A stretch of DNA of 62,014 bases, counting the filler. It is 5 parts of 5 records of this genome, joined end to end, with 100 filler letters (N's around TTAATTAATTAA, not from the genome) between each part and the next. Parts side by side here need not be neighbours in the genome. Positions count along the whole stretch, not along the records: positions 28,244 to 40,876 come from SRR20825006_2750; positions 40,977 to 51,591 come from SRR20825006_2751; 3 more parts are not named here. One strand, 5' to 3'. Below the pieces are notes generated by a model. It was not told where the DNA came from. It ran no database searches and saw nothing but the letters and a program-made list of their open reading frames with translations. Below are positions 40,448 through 49,472 of this stretch, one piece after another. Position numbers and translations under genes: made by a program. Each line of letters opens with the position of its first letter. The first letter of the stretch is position 1.

Positions 40448-40876
40448 CTAGTCGAGCAGGTCGCGCCGGTCACACATCGCCTTGACGGCAATGCCATAGC
40501 CCACTGCTCCAAGCCCGGCGAAGACGGCCGTGGCGATCTTGGAGACGTAGGAGTTGTGATAGACCGCTTCGCGGCGGTGGATATTGGAGATGTGCAGCTC
40601 GAAGATCGGGCCGGGAAACATTTTGAGCGCATCGAGCAGCGCGAGCGAGGTGAAGGTGAAAGCGGCCGGATTGATGATGATACCGGCAGCCTGGTCGATG
40701 GCCTCATGCACCCAGTCGATCAGCTTCTCTTCGCTATTGGTCTGCCGGAACACGATGTCCCGCGGCCCGGCCGCCTCCCGGCACATCTGTTCCACTTCGG
40801 CCAGGGTCGTCGTGCCATAGATCTGCGGCTCGCGCAGACCGAGCCGGTTGAGATTGGGACCATTGAGGACATGGAT
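40448..40876 (-). CDS. aroQ: Type II 3-dehydroquinate dehydratase-like protein (5'-truncated)
   Basis: Minus-strand translation IHVLNGPNLNRLGLREPQIYG...QTNSE...INPAA...ELHISNIHRRE. Confidence 0.85.
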   Translation of the reverse strand: MHVLNGPNLNRLGLREPQIYGTTTLAEVEQMCREAAGPRDIVFRQTNSEEKLIDWVHEAIDQAAGIIINPAAFTFTSLALLDALKMFPGPIFELHISNIHRREAVYHNSYVSKIATAVFAGLGAVGYGIAVKAMCDRRDLLD

Positions 40877-40976
40877 NNNNNNNNNNNNNNNNNNNNNNNN
40901 NNNNNNNNNNNNNNNNNNNNTTAATTAATTAANNNNNNNNNNNNNNNNNNNNNNNNNNNNNNNNNNNNNNNNNNNN
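40877..40976. other. Artificial contig linker
   Basis: N44-TTAATTAATTAA-N44. Confidence 0.98.
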
Positions 40977-40977
40977 G

Positions 40978-41238
40978 ATCGGCCTGCTCGCCCTGCTGGC
41001 CGAGTTTTGCCTGGTGCATGGCTACCGCTGCGCGGCCGCGTCCCTGCTGGCACCGTTCCAGTATATCCAGATGCTCTGGGCCACATTGCTGGGCTGGGTC
41101 GTGTTCAACAGCCTGCCCGACGTCTGGACCAGTATCGGCGCCGCGCTGATTATCGGCGCCGGTCTCTATATCTGGCTGCGGGAAGTCCGGATTCGTCAGA
41201 CTACGCCGAGCGAAGTCCCCGCCAGCGAGCCGACGTGA
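40978..41238 (+). CDS. DMT/EamA family transporter, C-terminal part (5'-truncated)
   Basis: ASLLAPFQYIQMLWATLLGWVVF..LPD..T.IGAALII.AGLYI..RE. Confidence 0.85.
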   Translation: MGLLALLAEFCLVHGYRCAAASLLAPFQYIQMLWATLLGWVVFNSLPDVWTSIGAALIIGAGLYIWLREVRIRQTTPSEVPASEPT

Positions 41239-42427
41239 ACACGGTGAACATCGAGAGGAACATGAACCCGGCGATGGCGTAGAACACCAGTGCTGGCTGA
41301 TCGTTATCCAGAATGAAACCGAAGATCATCGGTGCAACGATCCCGCCGATGCTGAAACCGGTGGTAACAAACCCGAAAACCTTGCCGTACTGCCCGTCTG
41401 GCGTGACCGAGCGTACGATCATGTCACGCGACGGCATGATCATGCCGTGCAGAATGCCCTGCAGGGTTAGCGATGCCAGCAGCAGCGGCTCGGGCATGTC
41501 GACAAGCGCGACAATGGAAATCATCACCGCCGTCGCCAGGAAGCAGAAGGCCGCGATCACATTGTGGTTGGAGGTCTTGTCCGCCAGATAGCCGCCGAAA
41601 AGGATCCCTACAGTGGTGCCGACGAGATACCCTGTCAGCGCTCCGGTCGCGATCGGAAGGGCCGTGCCGTGCAACAGGTTGAGGGCCGAAACCAGGAAGT
41701 TGTTAAGCCCGCCCGAGCCAAGCGCCGTCATGATGTAGAAGCCGAGACACATCAGGATCGGAAATGAGAACAGTAGCGCCCGGCTGGAAGTATCAACCGG
41801 CTTTGCCTGCTCTGCCGCTGGCTTCTGCTTGTTGTGCAAACTACTGGCGAACACCAACAGAATGGCTGCGGTCGCGAAGCCGGCAAGGCCAACCCCGACA
41901 AGAGCCATTCGCCAGCCGATGGCATCGCTCAGAAAGATGATCAGCGGAGGCGCGACGGCAAAACCGGCAAAACCGGCGAAGGTATGCAGGCTGAAAGCCC
42001 GCCCCATGCGCGGCCCTGAAACCGAGGCTGACAGGATCGCGTAATCCGCCGGATGGTAGACACCGTTCGCGATGCCGGCGATCGCCATCATCGCCAGCAA
42101 GCCCCAGAAACCATCCCCGAACCCGATCATAACAAAAGCCAGGGATTCGGCAGCAAGGCCGCCTATCAGAATCCAGCGCGCTCCGAACTTATCCACCAGA
42201 TAGCCGAACGGAAGCTGTGTGCTGGCCGTGGCTCCGCTGAACACGGTCATGATCAGGCCAAGCTCAAGAAAGCTGACGTCGAACTCTTCGCGAAGCGTCA
42301 GAAACAGCGGCGGCAGAAGCAGAATGAAGAGATGGCTGAAAAAATGCGCGACACCGATCAGGCCAATCACCTTGAAATCGGCGAGTGATCCGCCTTCCGG
42401 CGGCGCGGCGTGCATTTCGGCGGTCAT
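41201..42427 (-). CDS. MFS transporter (Fsr-like)
   Basis: About 12 hydrophobic segments; motif A GYLVDKFGAR; GVYHPA, GRAFSLH. Confidence 0.9.
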   Translation of the reverse strand: MTAEMHAAPPEGGSLADFKVIGLIGVAHFFSHLFILLLPPLFLTLREEFDVSFLELGLIMTVFSGATASTQLPFGYLVDKFGARWILIGGLAAESLAFVMIGFGDGFWGLLAMMAIAGIANGVYHPADYAILSASVSGPRMGRAFSLHTFAGFAGFAVAPPLIIFLSDAIGWRMALVGVGLAGFATAAILLVFASSLHNKQKPAAEQAKPVDTSSRALLFSFPILMCLGFYIMTALGSGGLNNFLVSALNLLHGTALPIATGALTGYLVGTTVGILFGGYLADKTSNHNVIAAFCFLATAVMISIVALVDMPEPLLLASLTLQGILHGMIMPSRDMIVRSVTPDGQYGKVFGFVTTGFSIGGIVAPMIFGFILDNDQPALVFYAIAGFMFLSMFTVFTSARWRGLRSA

Positions 42428-42517
42428 TTTAGATTCCAGGCGGAAAGACTGACTATTGCCAGCAAACTGGAACCCACGGGACGAGAGGTCAAGCGCGCCC
42501 TCTCGTCCGAAACGGGA

Positions 42518-42967
42518 TTACTGTTGTGCCAACCACCAGCGGGCAATCCGGTTCCCGGAATCGTCCGTGCTTTCGAACTCATTGTCTTCCAGCAACCGGA
42601 CCCGAAGGCACCTCTCCGCATCGCCGCCATAAGGCGTCAGGCAATAATGTTCCTTGGTCGGCCGGACCGTTCCGGTCTCATGCACTTCCGGAAAGCCATT
42701 CTGCGCAGGCACCCGCATCGAATAAACCTTCCCCTTTTCGAGGGTGAAGTAAAAGACGCGGTTTCCCTTGGTCAGCCATCCGGAAATCATCCGGCCAGAT
42801 GTCAGCGCGACAAATCCCGGCCCGGTCATTGCCCGCGGATCGTAGGCGCGTGCCGTGTCCGACAGGGTGGAGACACACATGGTCATCGCCGCAACAGCAA
42901 AAGCGATTTTAGAAAAAGCCTTCAAATGCACAGGTAAAGCCCCCACCGTAGTCAGCGATGTAGTCAC
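42518..42967 (-). CDS. Hypothetical exported protein
   Basis: Signal-peptide-like segment (KIAFAVAAMTMCVSTLSDTARA); beta-rich body with a C-x8-C pair; start uncertain. Confidence 0.55.
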   Translation of the reverse strand: MTTSLTTVGALPVHLKAFSKIAFAVAAMTMCVSTLSDTARAYDPRAMTGPGFVALTSGRMISGWLTKGNRVFYFTLEKGKVYSMRVPAQNGFPEVHETGTVRPTKEHYCLTPYGGDAERCLRVRLLEDNEFESTDDSGNRIARWWLAQQ

Positions 42968-43054
42968 ACGAAAGATATCAGAACAAAAGCAATCTATGAA
43001 GAATATCTTTTACTGGTTTGATATTAATCATTTTAGACGTTTTGAAAGTGCAAT

Positions 43055-43453
43055 ATGCGCCAAACATCGCCGAAAACAAAACTAATTTCTCTCCTGTGGG
43101 TTCTGGTTTCGCTTATCTGGATGCTCCCGCTTGGAGCATATTTCCTCAATAGCTGGGAAGCAGACCTTAGCCCCGTCGAGCGCACCTATAGTGCCCGCGA
43201 GCAGAGCTGCAACGCCGCCTACCGCGATCCTGAAGCCCGGGAACGCTGCCTGAACATCATGCGGCTCGAACGCTTTCAATCCCACAGCATCATGATCGCC
43301 AACCGGGCACTCGCCTGCTCAGTGCCCCCCTTGATCGGGTTCGCCCTTCTCGTCTATCTCAGGCGGCGCCAGTCCACAGGCAGAACTTCTGTGCGGAGCT
43401 CTGCCGGCCGATCGTCTGGCAAAAGGTCCTCTGGAAAAGGAAAGTCTACGTGA
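43055..43453 (+). CDS. Hypothetical two-TM membrane protein with a periplasmic Cys pair and a basic tail
   Basis: TM-loop(C...C)-TM architecture; GTGA overlap with the HD gene. Confidence 0.65.
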   Translation: MRQTSPKTKLISLLWVLVSLIWMLPLGAYFLNSWEADLSPVERTYSAREQSCNAAYRDPEARERCLNIMRLERFQSHSIMIANRALACSVPPLIGFALLVYLRRRQSTGRTSVRSSAGRSSGKRSSGKGKST

Positions 43454-44046
43454 AATCCACACCGCCGCCGCGCGCATGGCAGCGTATGCTGAGCGGGCGC
43501 AGGCTCGATCTTCTCGACCCGTCCCCCCTCGATGTCGAAATCGAGGATATCGCCCACGGCCTTTCCCGGGTCGCGCGCTGGAACGGGCAAACAGAAGGCC
43601 GCTGGCCCTATTCCGTCGCCGAGCATTCCATTCTGGTGGAAAATCTCGTGTACAGGCTCTATCCGGATCTTGCCCTGAAGTGGCGTCTCGCGGCACTGCT
43701 GCATGATGCGGCCGAGTATGTCATCGGCGACATGATCACACCGTTCAAGGCGATCATCGGCTCGGATTACAAAAGTGTCGAGAAGCGGCTCGAAGAAGCG
43801 GTCCATCTCCGCTTCGGTCTCCCCGCCGCCTTACCGGCCGACATCGTCAAGAAAATCAAACGTGCCGACAAAATCGCCGCTTATCTTGAAGCCACCCAGC
43901 TTGCCGGCTTCTCTCTCACCGAAGCGAACAAAATTTTTGGGAAACCGAAAGCCGGGCTTGATGTCGTGATCGAGCCGACTTCGCCAACAGCCGCTAAGCA
44001 GGCCTATCTCAAACGTTTTCGCATTCTGGGCGGCCCCTCAAAATAA
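43450..44046 (+). CDS. HD-domain hydrolase (YfbR-like 5'-deoxynucleotidase family)
   Basis: RAWQRMLSGRRLDLLDP, DIAHGL, YSVAEHS, LLHDAAEYVIGD, IKRAD. Confidence 0.9.
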   Translation: MKSTPPPRAWQRMLSGRRLDLLDPSPLDVEIEDIAHGLSRVARWNGQTEGRWPYSVAEHSILVENLVYRLYPDLALKWRLAALLHDAAEYVIGDMITPFKAIIGSDYKSVEKRLEEAVHLRFGLPAALPADIVKKIKRADKIAAYLEATQLAGFSLTEANKIFGKPKAGLDVVIEPTSPTAAKQAYLKRFRILGGPSK

Positions 44047-44172
44047 ACGCGGGGTTGGATAAGCTGCCCTCTCTTCAAGCGCTGCTGGAACTGGATTCAG
44101 ACCGCACGATCCGGCACAATCAGAGCGGGCGGATGGAGCCGCTGACGGCTCCAGGATCACCAAGGATACGCG

Positions 44173-45363
44173 ATGCTCTTGCAGGACCAGACGAACAAAA
44201 AGCCGCAGAAAAAGCGCAAGCTTTCTCCCATCCTGGATCAGATCCTTTATGGCCCGCCCAGTGTTACCTGGAACATCCTCGGACTGACGCAGAATCAAAG
44301 CGTCAAGGAGCCGCTGTTCAAAATCCCCAGCCTCAACCGCGTCATCATTTTCAAGTACCCGAATTTCAAGGTCGAGGTATCCGATTCCTCTTCGCTCAAT
44401 TTTTCGGACAAAAGCGCTTCCCTATCCAACGATCGCCCGGTCGAGACCGCGCTTTATATCCCCAATGACGAGGAAGCCCCCCGCGAGGGTGGATATGCCG
44501 TCTATCTGCGCCAGAAAGACGCCGAGACGCTGCTACAGCGCTATGTGGGCATCGCTCATGACGGCATGACCGAAGCAATGCAGAGCGATTTCAACTTTCT
44601 TAAAATGATCGATGATCTCCCCTCACTGGATCCGTTCCTGCTGAAAACAGCGTTCGAACGAAACAAAATCAAATGCAGCCCGGATTATCTGGTGATGGAA
44701 GACGGGGAAGAGGACAACATCAAGTCAGTGATCCGGAACAAGGTCCGGCCGATCGTCAACAAGGCTCTTGGCGCCGATGCCAATGAAGTCTCCAAGACTC
44801 AACGCTTCATTGATGCGATCTGGGATCCGACCATTCCCGAAGCCGCCCTGTTCATCCAGGCGTTCAAGATCGACAGCAGCGAAGTGTCGAATGTATTCAG
44901 CGCCTGGAAAGGCGTTTCATTTTATCAGTATCAATTTGAGATCAACAAACCTCTGATTGCCGAAGTTATTCGTTGGCTGAAGTCGGAAAACTCGAAACCG
45001 ATCGACCATCGTGAGCACCGCGCCTTCCTTCAACAACAGAATATGTTCAAACAACAGGTGCTGAAAAAAACGCTCAACTTGCTCTCCAATATTAACCAGA
45101 TATTTAAAGATTTCGACGCATGTTATGAAAAATTCATCAATGATGGAGACCCGGTAGCCTTTCGAAATTTCCTGATCACATCGCACTATCGATATTGGCT
45201 CCTCGGCTATTGCTGCACCGCTCTGATGCACACCCGCAACATATTCGAGAGATGCCTGAGGGAAGGCACCAGAGGTGCCCTCATGTTTGAACAGCTCAAT
45301 GATATGCTGACCAATATCGATTCCACGGTGAGCAGTAAGTCGCAAGGCACAGAAGACCTGTAA
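44173..45363 (+). CDS. Hypothetical protein (396 aa, LPSLDPFLL motif)
   Basis: Long ORF with AAGGA RBS; soluble; no recognisable catalytic domain. Confidence 0.8.
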   Translation: MLLQDQTNKKPQKKRKLSPILDQILYGPPSVTWNILGLTQNQSVKEPLFKIPSLNRVIIFKYPNFKVEVSDSSSLNFSDKSASLSNDRPVETALYIPNDEEAPREGGYAVYLRQKDAETLLQRYVGIAHDGMTEAMQSDFNFLKMIDDLPSLDPFLLKTAFERNKIKCSPDYLVMEDGEEDNIKSVIRNKVRPIVNKALGADANEVSKTQRFIDAIWDPTIPEAALFIQAFKIDSSEVSNVFSAWKGVSFYQYQFEINKPLIAEVIRWLKSENSKPIDHREHRAFLQQQNMFKQQVLKKTLNLLSNINQIFKDFDACYEKFINDGDPVAFRNFLITSHYRYWLLGYCCTALMHTRNIFERCLREGTRGALMFEQLNDMLTNIDSTVSSKSQGTEDL

Positions 45364-45485
45364 ACTCTTTGGTTTTATTTAAAAAAGCCGAGAAGTTTCA
45401 TTGAAAATCAAACTTATATCGGACAAAAGTAGCGCTCGCACTTCGGGTGCGACCGATGGGCTGAGTAACGGAACCGCAGAGAAGC

Positions 45486-46604
45486 ATGGCGAACGGCGCG
45501 ACGACAGCGACCCATTTCTGGCCCATTAATTTCGCAGAGCGCGGCGTAGCCGTGCCCTTTACAACGCCCAGCGTGGCTATGGCGCGGGTCCGAAATGGCG
45601 AACGCGGGCGATTGGAACTGGTGATTTCCGGCCTTTCCGGCGGGCGCGGCGTTTATGTCATCGGCTGGAGCGCGGTTCCAGAGACTTTCAAGCTGACGGT
45701 GTTTGACCGGGTTCTGCATGAACATATAAATGCCATAGATACCGTCACGCCGGATACGGTAAGGGAAGCCGTACTTGGCGCCACGGCAACGGGGCTGGCC
45801 GGGGACGACGCGGCAGAAGCCGCCATTCAGTCAAGCAGCAAGATCACGGAAGACCAGATCCGGATCAGCCTTGCCCTGACCCAGCATCTGGTGAAATCCT
45901 TCCTGGATACAGACTTGGATATCGGCCTTGCCGAGCTGGTCACACCAGCCGGTCAGCATAAAGTCCAAAACCTGCTGGGACGTGTCGCCCGCACGGAAAA
46001 CATCGATCCCATGACTCTCTCCCGCATTCTCACGGAATGGGGAGACCTGCTCGAGGCACTTGGCGTTCTGGATCACCGGCCGCGCGGACGCTATCGCAGG
46101 GTTCTGGACGAAGCAGGCCACTTTCAGAAATCCTTCGCCGATTGGCTGCGCACCGGAGAAATTCCGGAAGATCATCCGGCAAATCTTATTGTCGATGTCC
46201 TCGAAGAGACGCTCCAGAACTGGAATAACGCCTTTCAGGATGCCGATGCCTACGCACACGACCCACGATCCTCTCTCAAAAACTGGGCACAGGCCAAAAC
46301 AGTTCTGGAGATGCTGAGTGCACGCATTCCCTGGCTGGAGGATGGCTGGTCTGTCATCTTCGCGATGTGGGAAAATGCGCTGAGAGGGGATCATGACCAG
46401 CGCCTTGAGACCGTTGGAACAATCCTGTCCGGATTACCGTTGATGCCCCGTGACGAAGTCTCGCCGAACAGCCACCCTCGCTGGATGGAATTCGCCAAGC
46501 GGCTCAGCCTGCTTGCCGCGCGGAACGAACAGAGGAGCCAAAGCGACATCTCCCTTGAAAGAATGTTACGGCAGGAGCAGGTCCTGACACGGAGTCTCGG
46601 TTAG
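45486..46604 (+). CDS. Hypothetical protein (372 aa, RGVAVPFTTP / SGGRGVY motifs)
   Basis: Long ORF; beta-rich N-terminus and helical C-terminus; no known domain. Confidence 0.8.
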   Translation: MANGATTATHFWPINFAERGVAVPFTTPSVAMARVRNGERGRLELVISGLSGGRGVYVIGWSAVPETFKLTVFDRVLHEHINAIDTVTPDTVREAVLGATATGLAGDDAAEAAIQSSSKITEDQIRISLALTQHLVKSFLDTDLDIGLAELVTPAGQHKVQNLLGRVARTENIDPMTLSRILTEWGDLLEALGVLDHRPRGRYRRVLDEAGHFQKSFADWLRTGEIPEDHPANLIVDVLEETLQNWNNAFQDADAYAHDPRSSLKNWAQAKTVLEMLSARIPWLEDGWSVIFAMWENALRGDHDQRLETVGTILSGLPLMPRDEVSPNSHPRWMEFAKRLSLLAARNEQRSQSDISLERMLRQEQVLTRSLG

Positions 46605-46610
46605 ACAGGT

Positions 46611-48002
46611 ATGAGTTCAGATTCAAACGACATTCCTCTCGGTAATCTCGAGGGGCAGCTCTTCAAGATTCCGGAAGAAGATCTGACCGAACTGGTGGCA
46701 AAGCTGGAACGCCGCGCGCAGGATCCCAGCAAGGCGCCTGCCGTCGGCAAGATCCTGGACCAGCTCCGCCCCAGGCTCGCCATTCTGAAGCCGCAACGGC
46801 AGGCAACACTGGTCCGGCTTTTCGCCGAGCCTTTCTCGGATCTTCTTTACACCACTGGCGAGCCGCGCAAACCCGTCGGCCGGATACCGCGCAGCGCTAT
46901 CGTTCCCTGTTACAAATTACTGCTGGAAAATTCAGAACCTGCCCGCATCCAGCGATACCAGAACGACCTGGATGGGATCGAAAAGGAGAATGAAGAGGCG
47001 CTGATGATTCTCGGTACCGGCTTCTGGCGCTATGCGTCGGGACAGCTGCACCGGGTTCTCGATATGGCGGAAAAGGACAAGGCAGCCAAGCAGGCTCTGA
47101 TCACCAAACTGGGCGACACGTTTATCTATGCGGCACTCAAAGAGATCCTGGGCGTGCTGGAAGTCGCTGTTCCGGTCATGGAGCTGCGCAAGGCCCTGCC
47201 ATCCGTAGGCATGAGCCATGTCAGCAACGCCAACCTTGAACATATCCGCATCGCTCTGGACACCGTGCACCGGCAAAGGCCGAGCAATGCGGAGTTCATT
47301 GTATTTGTTATCCTCGCCCGCCTGCGTAATCCGGCGATGATCGTCGAAATCATGCAGCGCGTGGAGGAAGCGGGCACTTTGGCCGATGTCTCCGCGGTGA
47401 CCAACATTGCGAACGAGGCCATCGTCAGCCAGACGGAAGAGAAGATCCGGACACTCGGGGAAAAAATCTACGCGTCCACAAGCTGCAAAAACATGGCCTT
47501 ACAGGCCGAAGCCTCCGTAAAAGAGGTTGTTGGCGCCGCCAGTGCCATTGGCAATACCGGGTCCCGCATACAAAACCGGCAGGTGGCACGGACAAAAACC
47601 GAAATGGCCGATCTCGTCCGCCGCGAAATGCTTGAAGCCCAGGACAACCTGACCAACGCCAACATGAACAGCATCGGCGGCAGCGACAGCGCCAGGGATC
47701 AGGTCACCGCCCAGAAGGGCCTGGAAGACCGGATCGTCTCACTGAAGATCGCCAGCAGGTTCGCAAATGAAATCGGTCTCGACCGGGACGTAAACCGGCG
47801 CCTGGCCGAGCTCGAGGAAAGCGTAACGGAGCAGTCCAAAAAACTGCTCGCCGCCCTCAAAAAGCGGGATTACGCCGCCCTCGCCCCCGAAGAAGCAGAA
47901 CGTCAGCTGTTCACCCAGGTCCGACTCACCGAATTATTGCTCGGCCCTGAACTGGCAAACAGGCTGCGCCTTGAAGGCGAACTGCTGCTGGGCGATTACT
48001 AA
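46611..48002 (+). CDS. Hypothetical alpha-helical/coiled-coil protein (463 aa, LRPRL...RIPRS motifs)
   Basis: Starts 6 nt after the previous stop; soluble and helical; no known domain. Confidence 0.8.
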   Translation: MSSDSNDIPLGNLEGQLFKIPEEDLTELVAKLERRAQDPSKAPAVGKILDQLRPRLAILKPQRQATLVRLFAEPFSDLLYTTGEPRKPVGRIPRSAIVPCYKLLLENSEPARIQRYQNDLDGIEKENEEALMILGTGFWRYASGQLHRVLDMAEKDKAAKQALITKLGDTFIYAALKEILGVLEVAVPVMELRKALPSVGMSHVSNANLEHIRIALDTVHRQRPSNAEFIVFVILARLRNPAMIVEIMQRVEEAGTLADVSAVTNIANEAIVSQTEEKIRTLGEKIYASTSCKNMALQAEASVKEVVGAASAIGNTGSRIQNRQVARTKTEMADLVRREMLEAQDNLTNANMNSIGGSDSARDQVTAQKGLEDRIVSLKIASRFANEIGLDRDVNRRLAELEESVTEQSKKLLAALKKRDYAALAPEEAERQLFTQVRLTELLLGPELANRLRLEGELLLGDY

Positions 48003-48031
48003 CCTCCCCTACTAAAGCAGCTTGGGCGGCC

Positions 48032-49264
48032 TTATTCCGCCGGTGCAGTCGCCCGCACGATGGCTTCCTCCCGGATCGGCCAGTGGATGAAGCCGGCAAA
48101 CAGCGCCAGAGCAATCGACATATACCAGATCAGGTCGTAGGACCCTGTCTGGTCAAACACGATTCCCCCCAGCCAGACACCAAGGAACGAGCCGATCTGA
48201 TGGCTGAAGAAAACGATGCCGAACAACATGCTCATATAACGCATGCCGAAAATCTGCCCGACCAACCCTGACGTCAGCGGCACCGTGCTGAGCCAGAGCA
48301 GTCCCATGGCCGACGCGAAGACATAGATAACCAGCTCACTCGGCGGCACCAGCAACAGGAACACGATGACCACGGCCCGGGCGAGATAGAGTATGTTCAG
48401 GAGGTATTTTTTCGAGAACTTTCCACCAAGTACACCGGCGCTGTAGGATCCGACCACATTGAACAGACCGACCAGCGCCAGCGCGCTGGCGCCGACTGTG
48501 ACGGGCATCCCGAGATCGGTCACATAAGCCGGCAGATGGACCGCAATGAAAGCAACCTGGAAGCCGCAGACAAAGAACCCGCTGGTCAGAAACCAGAAGC
48601 TTTTATAGCCAAACGCCTCGCGCAGGGCCTGACCGAGACTCTGCCCGGACGGAAGCGGGTTCGCCTTGGTGCCCTTCACCGGCCAGAAGGCAATGGCCAA
48701 CGGCACCATCACCAACGAGCCGAGCCCCATGAACAACGCCGCGTCCTGCCAGCCGAAGCTGGCGACAAGACTACCCGTGACTGGAACCAGCAGGAACTGC
48801 CCGAGAGAGCCGGACGCCCCCGTCACGCCCAGCGCCCAGGACCGCCGCTCAGGCGGGAAGAGCTGACCGACCGCTCCAAGGATAATCCCGAAGGAAGTAC
48901 CAGCGAGACCAGCCCCGACCAAGATGCCCGCGCTCAGGTGCAGCATCGACGGCGTCGCGGAAAAGGCGATCAGGACCGTACCGGCCGCATAGACGATAGC
49001 ACCGCCACAAATTGCCCGGAACGGTCCGTAACGATCCGCGATGGCGCCGGCGAAAGGCTGGGTCGCGCCCCAGATCAGGTTCTGCAGCGCGAGCGAGAAG
49101 GCAAAGATCTCACGGCCGACACCAAGCTCTGCCGTGATCGGTGGCAGGAAAACACCGAAACCGGATCGAATACCGAAGGAAAGCGCGCCAATAATCCCGC
49201 CGCAGAGCAGCGCGATATAGGCAAGCCGCATGTTGTAATCCTGGCTTTCGCTGGCACCTGACAT
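48032..49264 (-). CDS. MFS transporter (YbfB/OFA-like)
   Basis: GIRSGFG, GAIADRYG, FFVCGFQVAFI..HLP, WLSTVPLT, SHQIGSFLG; ATG at 49264. Confidence 0.9.
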   Translation of the reverse strand: MSGASESQDYNMRLAYIALLCGGIIGALSFGIRSGFGVFLPPITAELGVGREIFAFSLALQNLIWGATQPFAGAIADRYGPFRAICGGAIVYAAGTVLIAFSATPSMLHLSAGILVGAGLAGTSFGIILGAVGQLFPPERRSWALGVTGASGSLGQFLLVPVTGSLVASFGWQDAALFMGLGSLVMVPLAIAFWPVKGTKANPLPSGQSLGQALREAFGYKSFWFLTSGFFVCGFQVAFIAVHLPAYVTDLGMPVTVGASALALVGLFNVVGSYSAGVLGGKFSKKYLLNILYLARAVVIVFLLLVPPSELVIYVFASAMGLLWLSTVPLTSGLVGQIFGMRYMSMLFGIVFFSHQIGSFLGVWLGGIVFDQTGSYDLIWYMSIALALFAGFIHWPIREEAIVRATAPAE

Positions 49265-49472
49265 TCGCCTATTCCCTTTGTATCGGAAGAACGGTGGGCG
49301 CTTGTGACGGACCCGACAACGTTCTAGGTTCGAAATATGGCACCGGGCGAATACGACGACAAACGCCCGATTGTCACCAGAACAATTCATGGGAGCTGAC
49401 TACCAATAGGCGTATGGCGCCTCTTGGCAGGCCCGCTTCCCACCTCGCGCTTAGGATGGAAGGAAAACGGCT

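Noticed and set aside
41201-41238. 38-bp convergent overlap of the DMT and MFS genes as antisense regulation
   Set aside because: Short tail-to-tail overlaps are common in GC-rich genomes; there is no further evidence
43450-44046. HD protein as Cas3-HD or a phage-defence effector
   Set aside because: It matches the common alphaproteobacterial YfbR-like family; no helicase, cas genes or CRISPR array are present
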